A stretch of DNA of 64,000 nt from NCBI GenBank assembly GCA_958413095.1, contig CATYUF010000001.1:955-64954 (forward strand). Direction: 5' to 3'. The notes beneath the pieces are model-generated. The model had not been told where the DNA came from. It searched no databases and was given only the letters and a program-made list of their open reading frames with translations. This document shows positions 27,600 through 35,529 of the stretch, one piece after another. The stretch's first letter is position 1. The number at the start of each line of letters is the position of its first letter. The translations under genes were made by a program, and so were the position numbers. The stretch is from an uncultured Clostridium sp. GTDB lineage: Bacteria > Bacillota > Clostridia > TANB77 > CAG-508.

Positions 27600-28589
27600 A
27601 TGAGTTCACCATGTGTATTTAGAAATAGAGAAACAAATAAGTATTTAGCATTTATAGAGATAACTAATTCATGTAATATGAGATGCAAACACTGTATGAA
27701 TTGGTCTATTGAAAATTCAAACAATTGTTTTGAAAAAGAAAAAATATTGAGATTAATAAAGGAGCTTTATGATGATAATACAGAGGAAATATATATATCA
27801 GGAGGAGAACCATTACTATATCCATATATTGATGATGTGATTTTGTATGCCAATTCATTGGGGATAAAAGTAACTCTTGCAACTAATGCTCTTGAGATTC
27901 CTAATCATTTAAAAGCAATAAAAGAAGGAGTACAATTAGTATCAATTAGTCTTGATGGTATAGGAAAAACACATGACAAATTTAGAGGAGTAACTGGAGC
28001 ATTTGATAATTGTGTGAAAATGTTTAAGTTATTAAGAGAAAATAATATAAAAACTAGAATAAGTGCTATGATATGGAAAGAAAACATTAACGAACTAGAA
28101 GAGATGATTTCTCTTGCCAAAACTTGTGGAGTTTCTAAAGTTAATTTAGCATTTTTAATACCAGAAGGAAGAGCTAAGTCTGATGATACAATCAAATTAC
28201 CTATTGATAAATATAAAGAAATGATTGATATGGTATCAAATTTGAGAAAAAAGTATAAATCAGAAAATTTTGATATAGAAATTAGAAGAAATAATATTTT
28301 GAATAAAGATAGCGTAGATTGTCCAGGAGGAAGAAATTTAATACATATAAATGTAAATGGAAAAGTATCACCATGTTCTTGGATTGCAAAGTTAGATATA
28401 AACAATGAATTTTCAGGAGATTGGCCTAAAAATAGTATTAAAGAATGTATAAATAAATTTCAAAGTTTTGAAAAAACAGTAAAGTTAAGAAAAAATAAAT
28501 ATGGATATTGTGGATGTATTGCTTTATCTAAAATATATAATGAAAACTTTACAGCACCAGATCCATTAAATGAATTTTTGAAAAAATAA
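27600..28589 (+). CDS. Radical SAM enzyme with a C-terminal auxiliary Cys cluster (twitch/partial SPASM)
   Basis: ITNSCNMRCKHC (CX3CX2C) and SGGEPLL. C-terminus has DCPGG...(17 aa)...PCSW and YGYCGC. Confidence 0.85.
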   Translation: MSSPCVFRNRETNKYLAFIEITNSCNMRCKHCMNWSIENSNNCFEKEKILRLIKELYDDNTEEIYISGGEPLLYPYIDDVILYANSLGIKVTLATNALEIPNHLKAIKEGVQLVSISLDGIGKTHDKFRGVTGAFDNCVKMFKLLRENNIKTRISAMIWKENINELEEMISLAKTCGVSKVNLAFLIPEGRAKSDDTIKLPIDKYKEMIDMVSNLRKKYKSENFDIEIRRNNILNKDSVDCPGGRNLIHINVNGKVSPCSWIAKLDINNEFSGDWPKNSIKECINKFQSFEKTVKLRKNKYGYCGCIALSKIYNENFTAPDPLNEFLKK

Positions 28590-28614
28590 GAAAAGTAAGG
28601 AAAGAATAGAAAAT

Positions 28615-29352
28615 ATGAATAAATATGCAATAATAACTGGTGTAGCATCTGGAATAGGTGAATGTATAGCAGAAAAATTTATAGAAGAAGGAATATATGT
28701 TTTTGGAATAGATGAAAATATTCCAAAGAATAATAAAATAGAATATTTTAAATGTGATATCAGAGATGAAAAAAGAATTATTGATATAATCAATAAAATA
28801 AAAGAAAAGACAGAGAGGATAGATTATCTAATAAATGCAGCAGGGATATTTTGCTATAAAGAAAGAAACTTAATTGAAAATCTTTCAAAAGAAGAATGGC
28901 AAAATGTAATTGACGTTAATTTAACAGGAACTTTCTTAATAACAAAATACACAATACCATTATTAAAAAATTCTTTAAATGGAAATATAATTAATTTAAG
29001 TTCAGAGCAAGTTGTTTTACCACAGATAAAAAGTGCACCATATGCTATAACTAAATCAGGAATTGAAATGTTTTCAAAAGTACTTGCACTTGAATTGTTA
29101 GAAGCAAAGATTAGAGTTAATACTATAGCACTGGCTTCTGTAAAAACTAATTTTTTGAAAAGATATAAAAAAGATGATGAAGTAATAAATAAAATGATGG
29201 AAAATACCAATGAAAATATGCCTTTTGGAATTATTGAAGCATATGATGTATATAAATTAGTTAAATATTTGATAGAAAAAGATAATAAAATAACAGGACA
29301 AACTATTCTTATGGATAGTGGAGTTGTAATAGATGTAAATAATAAGAAATAG
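28615..29352 (+). CDS. Short-chain dehydrogenase/reductase
   Basis: Cofactor motif TGVASGIG and catalytic S...YAITK (YxxxK). Confidence 0.85.
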   Translation: MNKYAIITGVASGIGECIAEKFIEEGIYVFGIDENIPKNNKIEYFKCDIRDEKRIIDIINKIKEKTERIDYLINAAGIFCYKERNLIENLSKEEWQNVIDVNLTGTFLITKYTIPLLKNSLNGNIINLSSEQVVLPQIKSAPYAITKSGIEMFSKVLALELLEAKIRVNTIALASVKTNFLKRYKKDDEVINKMMENTNENMPFGIIEAYDVYKLVKYLIEKDNKITGQTILMDSGVVIDVNNKK

Positions 29353-29361
29353 GAGATATGT

Positions 29362-30549
29362 ATGAAAAAAATAAAATTTGATATAGATGAAAAAAATAAA
29401 CTATATTTTCTACCAGAATATAATAGATTTGCATTAAATAATTGCAATTTTAAAATAGAGCCAGATTATTATGAAGAATCATTAGTAAAACTAAGATTAG
29501 AAATATCACATTTATGTAATGGAAGATGTAAATATTGTTTAGTTTTTGGAAATCATGTTGAGAAATTTGATGTTTTGGATATTAAGGAATTTTGGAAAGA
29601 ATTTAGTAATAAAGAATGGTTTAAAAATTTAAAAAGCATTTTTATTATAGGAGGAGAACCATTACTTTATTTCGAAGAGTTAAGTTTCATTATGGATAAT
29701 TTTAAAGGAAGAATTAGTTTTTCAACAAATGGAACATTATTAACAGAAGAAATGGTAAAAAAATTTTCAGAATCAAATGTTTCTATATATATTTCTTTAG
29801 ATGGTCCAAGATTTGAAGATAATATTAATAGAGTATATACAAATGGAAAATATATGTACCCTGACATTATAAAAGGAATACAGCTACTAAAGAAATATAA
29901 TGTTTCGTTTGGAATTTTTATGGTAGCATGTAAAGAAACAATACATAAAGCAAAAGATATGATTTTAGAATTAGATGAAGAATATTCTCCATCAAGAATA
30001 GGATATAGTCTTCCACATTGGACGCCAGATTATAAAGATGAAGATTTATCAGAAGAATTTAGAGATGTTTTAATTGAACTTTATAAAAATAGACAAAAAA
30101 TAAAAGCTGATATTCCACAAATGAGTTGGAGATTAAATCCATTACGAGAAGGGAAAATAAAAAAATTTTCATGTGGATTACATACTACTCAAACGACCAT
30201 TTTACCGGATAAGTCTTTTGTTAGATGTTCAAAGATAGATAATAAAAATGATAATTTAAAAGATTATGTTACAAATGAATTATTGAATAAAAATTCACCT
30301 GTAGAATTAGCAAAAAATGCAGATTCATGTTGTTCTAAATGTATAGCTGTATCTTGTTGCGGAGGTGGTTGTCCATTTGATGGAATGAAAAGATTTAAAT
30401 GTTTAACAGATAAAAGAGAATGTGTAATCACACCACCACTTATCGAAATGGCAATTAATGATATTGTAAAAGGTTTAAAGAATAGTAAAATTAAGATAAA
30501 AGATGGACTAATAGATAAAGAAATTATTGATAAATTGTTGTGGAGTTGA
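29362..30549 (+). CDS. Radical SAM/SPASM-domain enzyme
   Basis: SHLCNGRCKYC (CX3CX2C) and IGGEPLL. Full SPASM signature CX2CX5CX3C in CSKCIAVSCCGGGC, with additional upstream and downstream Cys. Confidence 0.88.
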   Translation: MKKIKFDIDEKNKLYFLPEYNRFALNNCNFKIEPDYYEESLVKLRLEISHLCNGRCKYCLVFGNHVEKFDVLDIKEFWKEFSNKEWFKNLKSIFIIGGEPLLYFEELSFIMDNFKGRISFSTNGTLLTEEMVKKFSESNVSIYISLDGPRFEDNINRVYTNGKYMYPDIIKGIQLLKKYNVSFGIFMVACKETIHKAKDMILELDEEYSPSRIGYSLPHWTPDYKDEDLSEEFRDVLIELYKNRQKIKADIPQMSWRLNPLREGKIKKFSCGLHTTQTTILPDKSFVRCSKIDNKNDNLKDYVTNELLNKNSPVELAKNADSCCSKCIAVSCCGGGCPFDGMKRFKCLTDKRECVITPPLIEMAINDIVKGLKNSKIKIKDGLIDKEIIDKLLWS

Positions 30550-30554
30550 TTTTT

Positions 30555-31220
30555 ATGAAAATAGATAATATAAAGGAAGTTATGTTGGGGCACATTGCAA
30601 ATAATGTAGAAGTAGTAATAATAACTCCATTGAAGTCAACATATAGGAGTTTAAAAGAGCGATTTGAAATTAAAGAAGTATATGAAAAAGCTTTTTTTGA
30701 AAATTGTGTATTTAAATTAAAAAAAAATAGAAGAAAAGGAATGATTATTTTATCTCCGCAAGGCATTGCAGCAAAAGATATAGTAGAATTATTTAAAAAC
30801 ACTAAAATTATATTTTTTGGATTAGCAGGAAGCTTAAATCCAAATTTGAAAATAGGTAGTTTTGTAGAAGTAGAAACGGCGATAAGCCAAAAAGAAAAAT
30901 TTAAATTAACTACAATGGGAAAGTTAATGACAGTAAGATGTGGATATTCACCATGTTTAATTGGTAAAATAGCAAAAGAATATTGTGATATGTCAAAAAA
31001 ACAAAAATGTGATGTTGTTGATATGGAAACGGTATTTTGTGCTAAAACAGCAATTGAAGCTAATAATAAATTTATAGTATTATTATTAATTTCAGACATT
31101 CCTGAAATAATTAATTTTTGGGAATTATCAGAAAACATGAAAATAAAACTTGCTGAGAGCAGAAAAATTGCAATAGATAAAATAGAAAATTATGTTAATA
31201 TTTTAATAGAAAAGGAATGA
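30555..31220 (+). CDS. PNP/MTAN-superfamily nucleosidase or nucleoside phosphorylase-like protein
   Basis: FGLAGSLNPNLKIGSFV, VVDMETVFCAKTA and LISD match the PNP_UDP_1 (Pfs/MqnB/HpnG-type) core. ATG 30555 lies 9 nt after GGAG. Confidence 0.7.
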   Translation: MKIDNIKEVMLGHIANNVEVVIITPLKSTYRSLKERFEIKEVYEKAFFENCVFKLKKNRRKGMIILSPQGIAAKDIVELFKNTKIIFFGLAGSLNPNLKIGSFVEVETAISQKEKFKLTTMGKLMTVRCGYSPCLIGKIAKEYCDMSKKQKCDVVDMETVFCAKTAIEANNKFIVLLLISDIPEIINFWELSENMKIKLAESRKIAIDKIENYVNILIEKE

Positions 31221-31221
31221 A

Positions 31222-32124
31222 GTGAAAATGGAAGAAGAAATACTAATAAAATATATTGAAACTACCAGTAAATGTAATTATTCTTGTCCGATATGTGTGC
31301 CAAGAACTAGAAATTGTCATCTTGATATGAATGAATTTTACTCAATTATAGACAATAATTTAGATTTATTTTATAAAAAAGCAATTTGGATGGATTTCAA
31401 TGGAGAACCTTTAGTAGATCCATACTTTTTTAATAGAGTAAAATATATGCATAGTAAGGGAATTAATACAAGATTATCTACAAATGGAGCATTGCTTAAT
31501 GAAGAAAATAGAATGAAAATGGCAACTTCTGGTATAAGTTATATTGTTGTGTCGATAGGAACTTTAAATTCTTCTTTATACAAACAAATCAGAGGAATAG
31601 ACAATTTATCAAATGTTTTAAACAATTTAATTGAATTAAAAAAATGTATTGATAAAACAAATTCCAAAACTGAACTTCAAGCTGTTATGATAGATACAGG
31701 AGAAAGTTTAAATAGAGAAGAATTTATAAAGTATTTTCATAAGTTAGGAATTAATGTAGCATTTCATAATTTTACTAATAGATCTAAAAGTATTGAAATG
31801 GATATTAATCCAAAAAAAAGAAATTTTGATATGTATAAAAGAGGTGAATGCAAAGGATTAAAAAGTAATATTATAATACTTAGTAATTGTGAAGTAGTTA
31901 CTTGTTGTTGTGATCTTTTAGCACAAAATTCATTGGGGAATTTGAGAGATTATGACTATTCTGTAAAAAAATTAATACAAAATGGAAAAATTGATAAAAT
32001 TATTTCAGATTTAAGAAATCATAAATATTATGGTGCCTGTAAAAATTGTTCTGATTGGATTTATTATCAAGAAGGTGCAAAAGAAGAATATGTAACTGTT
32101 TACCCTGTAAAAAAGGATGTGTAA
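31222..32124 (+). CDS. Radical SAM enzyme with a Cys-rich C-terminus (SPASM-like)
   Basis: TSKCNYSCPIC (CX3CX2C) and FNGEPLV. C-terminus has NCEVVTCCCD and GACKNCSDW. Start is GTG 31222 or ATG 31228. Confidence 0.85.
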   Translation: MKMEEEILIKYIETTSKCNYSCPICVPRTRNCHLDMNEFYSIIDNNLDLFYKKAIWMDFNGEPLVDPYFFNRVKYMHSKGINTRLSTNGALLNEENRMKMATSGISYIVVSIGTLNSSLYKQIRGIDNLSNVLNNLIELKKCIDKTNSKTELQAVMIDTGESLNREEFIKYFHKLGINVAFHNFTNRSKSIEMDINPKKRNFDMYKRGECKGLKSNIIILSNCEVVTCCCDLLAQNSLGNLRDYDYSVKKLIQNGKIDKIISDLRNHKYYGACKNCSDWIYYQEGAKEEYVTVYPVKKDV

Positions 32125-32130
32125 TTTGGA

Positions 32131-33081
32131 ATGTGTAATAGGAGATTTGTTGTAATAGGAGATTTAATTGCTGATTTATATTATAATGGAACTAAATTAA
32201 TTGGAATTGATGGTGGGAGCTCAAGATATAATGTTATAGCTAATTTAGCATCAATGAAATGTAATACAGCACTTATTGGAGGATGTGGGAATGACAAAAT
32301 TGGAAATATAGTATTAGAGAGATATAGAAAATTAGGCGTTGATATTTCAGGTGTAATTTATAAAAATAAACCTACAAGAGCTTATCATTTAATAGTAGAT
32401 CAAGCTATGTTACCAAAAGTAACTTACGAATGTAGTAAAATTTCACCATCTAATTATAAAAGTACATGGTATGATGATAGTCTACAAGATATCAAATATT
32501 GTAGAAGTCAAGTGACAAAAAATGACATTGTAGTTTTAGACAAATTAGATGAATTTTCTCTCGATATTATTAATAATTTTGAGTGCTATAAAGCTCTTGA
32601 TATTGGTCATTCTAAAAGAATAGAGAAATTAAGTGATAGTCAAATTATAGAATTAAAAGAAAAAATTTCATTATTACAATTAAATGAAAGAGTAATTCCT
32701 TATTTGATGCAAAGATATGGATATAGTAATATAATAGATATATATAAATTATTTCAACCAAAACTGATGATTGTGACAAGAGGAAGAAAAGGTGCCGACT
32801 TTATTTTTGGAAACAAGAAAATCCAAAAGAAAATTAAAAGTAGTACCGAGGAATTAGACCCTACAGGAGCAGGAGATGCCTTTTTCTCTGTTTTTATAAA
32901 AGAATATTTTAATGGTTCAATAGAGAAAATTGATGATGAATTTATAAATGAAACATTCTCTAAAGCTTTAACTTTGACAGGAAATGTAGTAAAACATATA
33001 GGTGCAAGAGGACATATTTATGCAAGAACCTTTGACAAAATTGTTTCAAATAAAGAAAAAGAAGAGATAAAAGAATTGTAA
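32131..33081 (+). CDS. PfkB-family (ribokinase-like) sugar/nucleoside kinase
   Basis: PfkB signature 2 DPTGAGDAFFS and the N-terminal VIGDLIAD / GGSSRYNV region. Confidence 0.8.
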   Translation: MCNRRFVVIGDLIADLYYNGTKLIGIDGGSSRYNVIANLASMKCNTALIGGCGNDKIGNIVLERYRKLGVDISGVIYKNKPTRAYHLIVDQAMLPKVTYECSKISPSNYKSTWYDDSLQDIKYCRSQVTKNDIVVLDKLDEFSLDIINNFECYKALDIGHSKRIEKLSDSQIIELKEKISLLQLNERVIPYLMQRYGYSNIIDIYKLFQPKLMIVTRGRKGADFIFGNKKIQKKIKSSTEELDPTGAGDAFFSVFIKEYFNGSIEKIDDEFINETFSKALTLTGNVVKHIGARGHIYARTFDKIVSNKEKEEIKEL

Positions 33082-33107
33082 AATATAAAATTGAAAGAGT
33101 GAAAAAT

Positions 33108-33686
33108 ATGAAGATTTATGTAACTAGACATGGAGAAACAGATTGGAATGTAAAGCATAAAAATATAAAAATAGGTAATAACATTAAAAATAGTTCGATT
33201 ACAGATGATGATTTTATAGATATGAATACTATTGGAATAAAACAAGCAGAAAATTTAGCAAAGCAATTAAAAAATACTAGTATTGATTTAATTATTTGTT
33301 CACCATTACCAAGAGCTAAACAAACTGCGGAAATTATAGTAAAAGGACGAAATATACCAATAATTTTCGACAGAGATATTTCTGTGAGAGAATTTGGGGA
33401 ACATAAGGGAAAAGTTGCTGATGTTGATTTTGATTTTACACACGGTTTTTGGAGCTATAAAGCCAACATAAAATATAAAAAAGCAGAAAATATTCGAGAC
33501 TTTTTTAATAGAGTATATTCTTTTTTGGACAAAATAAAAGAAAAATATGAAGACAAAAAAATTTTATTAGTAACACATGGAAGTATAGGGATTCCAATAT
33601 ATTGTTATTTTAATGGCATACCAGATGATGATAATTTATTAAAATATGTTTTAGAAAATTGTGAAATAGCTATTTATGAAACATGA
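33108..33686 (+). CDS. Histidine phosphatase (phosphoglycerate mutase/CobC-like family)
   Basis: Catalytic VTRHGETDWN and the second His in LVTHGS. An Asn/Ile-rich insert of about 10-15 aa follows the RHG motif. Confidence 0.8.
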   Translation: MKIYVTRHGETDWNVKHKNIKIGNNIKNSSITDDDFIDMNTIGIKQAENLAKQLKNTSIDLIICSPLPRAKQTAEIIVKGRNIPIIFDRDISVREFGEHKGKVADVDFDFTHGFWSYKANIKYKKAENIRDFFNRVYSFLDKIKEKYEDKKILLVTHGSIGIPIYCYFNGIPDDDNLLKYVLENCEIAIYET

Positions 33687-33740
33687 ATATATCATACATA
33701 ACATATTTATTATGAATATAAAAAGTAATTTTAAAATTGA

Positions 33741-33771
33741 AAAGTGTTACATTGGAATATTGTAACACTTT
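33741..33771. terminator. Hairpin between the convergent operon and spoIVA
   Basis: Perfect 11-bp stem AAAGTGTTACA/TGTAACACTTT with a 9-nt loop. The flanking U tracts are weak. Confidence 0.5.
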
Positions 33772-33864
33772 CTTCCTTTCTAAAAAATTAATTTTTAAGA
33801 TAAAGTTTATATCATAGTGAGGTTACTTTTGCAGTAGTAGCCTATATCATAATCACTTCTTATT

Positions 33865-35343
33865 TTAAAGAATAATACAAATTAATCCACCACTACCTTC
33901 GTTAACAATTCTTTCCAAAGTTTCTTGTAATTTTACCTGAGCTTCTTCTGGCATTTTAGCAAGTTTAGTTTGTAAGCCTTCATTAACAAGTTCATGTAAG
34001 CTTTTTCCGAAAATATTTGATTCCCAAATTTTCTTAGGGTCACTTTCAAATTCAGATAGTAAATAATTAACAAGTTCTTCAGACTGTTTTTCAGAACCAA
34101 CAATAGGAGAAACTTCAGTAGCTACATTAGTACGAATTAAGTGAATACTTGGAGCTGTTGCTTTTAATTTTACACCAAATTTTGACCCTTGTTTTACCAT
34201 TTCAGGTTCTTCTAATATTAATTCATCTATTGATGGAGTGACGATACCATAGCCTTTTCGATTAACTTCATCTAAAGCATAAGAGATTTTATCATATTTT
34301 TTCTTTGTACTAGCAAGTTCAGATATAATACTAAATAAATCACCTTCGTTAGTAACAGCAACACCAGTAATTTCAGATAGAACTTTATAAAACAATTCTT
34401 CTTTTAATTGTATTTCAACATTAACTTTTCCTGTACCTAGTTGAATATCTGAAATAGAAGTTTTTGAAATAATTTCTGTTTGCTTAATAGTATCAACACA
34501 ATTAGAGATTTCTTTTAGCATATTAATACTTGAAAAAGCATCTTTAATTTCCTTATATAATTCAGCTTTAAGAGGATGCTCAATACTTAATCCATCAATC
34601 CATCTAGGAAATTTTATACTAATTTGATCAACAGGGAATTCATATAAAATCTTTGAGAAAATAGTATTAATATTTTCTATCGTTAAATATTCACAATTAA
34701 TTGGCATTACAGAAGTATTATATTTATCACTTAGTTTTTTAGCTAGTTCTTTTGCATATTCAGAGTCAGGGTCATTAGAGTTTAATAAAATTATAAATGG
34801 TTTATTAAGTTCTCTTAATTCACTTACAACTCTTTCTTCAGCTTTGATATAATCTTCTCTTGGAATATCAGTAATTGAACCATCTGTTGTAACTAAAATT
34901 CCAATAGTAGAATGTTCAGTTATTACTTTTTTTGTTCCAATTTCGGCAGCTTTTTCAAAAGGAATTTCTTCTTCAGACCAAGGGGTTTTTACCATTCTAG
35001 GCATATCATCTTCTAAATATCCTATAGCATTATCAACTAGATAACCAACACAATCTACAAGTCTTGTCTTAAATTTTAAATTATCATCTAATGTGATTTC
35101 AATAGCTTCATTAGGAATAAATTTGGGTTCTGTCGTCATTATAGTTTTTCCACCTGCACTTTGTGGAAGTTCATCTTTAGCTCGTTCTTTTTTATATTCA
35201 TTATCAATATTAGGAATGACTAATAAGTCCATAAATCTTTTTATAAAAGTAGATTTACCAGTCCTTACAGGACCGACAACTCCTACATAAATATCACCAT
35301 CAGTTCTTTTTGCGATGTCTTGATACAATCTTGTATTTTCCAT
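33865..35343 (-). CDS. spoIVA: Stage IV sporulation protein A (spore coat morphogenetic ATPase)
   Basis: 492 aa, with the N-terminal Walker A GVVGPVRTGKSTFIKRFM and the conserved C-terminal GSGGLICIIL. Confidence 0.92.
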   Translation of the reverse strand: MENTRLYQDIAKRTDGDIYVGVVGPVRTGKSTFIKRFMDLLVIPNIDNEYKKERAKDELPQSAGGKTIMTTEPKFIPNEAIEITLDDNLKFKTRLVDCVGYLVDNAIGYLEDDMPRMVKTPWSEEEIPFEKAAEIGTKKVITEHSTIGILVTTDGSITDIPREDYIKAEERVVSELRELNKPFIILLNSNDPDSEYAKELAKKLSDKYNTSVMPINCEYLTIENINTIFSKILYEFPVDQISIKFPRWIDGLSIEHPLKAELYKEIKDAFSSINMLKEISNCVDTIKQTEIISKTSISDIQLGTGKVNVEIQLKEELFYKVLSEITGVAVTNEGDLFSIISELASTKKKYDKISYALDEVNRKGYGIVTPSIDELILEEPEMVKQGSKFGVKLKATAPSIHLIRTNVATEVSPIVGSEKQSEELVNYLLSEFESDPKKIWESNIFGKSLHELVNEGLQTKLAKMPEEAQVKLQETLERIVNEGSGGLICIIL

Positions 35344-35397
35344 CTATATACCTCCTTCATAAAATTCAAGAAATGTTTGTACTAAATTACTTTAATT

Positions 35398-35424
35398 AAT
35401 GTATATTGATAAAACATAGAATAT
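35398..35424 (-). promoter_or_regulatory. Sigma-E-type promoter upstream of spoIVA
   Basis: On the minus strand: ATATT, 14 nt, TATACATT. The B. subtilis sigma-E consensus is kmATATT-N14-CATACAnT. It lies about 55 nt upstream of the ATG. Confidence 0.45.
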
Positions 35425-35529
35425 ATTACAAGTTTTATAAAAAACTTGATAAATAAATTAACATGTGCTAAAATGACATTATTATAGAAGAAACATATAA
35501 TATACTAAAAGACAAAAGGAGCGACTAAT

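Noticed and set aside
30524-31138. A 204-aa minus-strand ORF inside the operon. The same applies to similar antisense ORFs at 1354-1623, 3456-3785, 6168-6647, 13713-14135, 16231-16857, 27905-28405, 28854-29447, 54159-55097, 55836-56329, 58280-59347, 59921-60388, 61353-62542 and 63559-63977.
   Set aside because: They lie antisense to ORFs with clear family motifs. They have Leu/Phe/Ser/Ile-rich low-complexity translations typical of shadow frames in AT-rich or codon-biased genes, and they lack SD sequences.
33815-33860. Possible degenerate inverted copy of repeat family 1 at the right edge of the accessory block (AGGTTACTTTTGCAGTAG...CCTATATC versus AGGTAACTTTTACTTGTTG...).
   Set aside because: Only about 12 contiguous positions agree, and the rest diverges. 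That is too weak to claim flanking inverted repeats.
26785-33864. Possible RiPP precursor peptide for the three SPASM-type radical SAM enzymes.
   Set aside because: Intergenic gaps in the operon are 0-25 nt. I found no short SD-preceded ORF in the operon or its immediate flanks. Very short or unconventional ORFs cannot be excluded without a RODEO-type scan.
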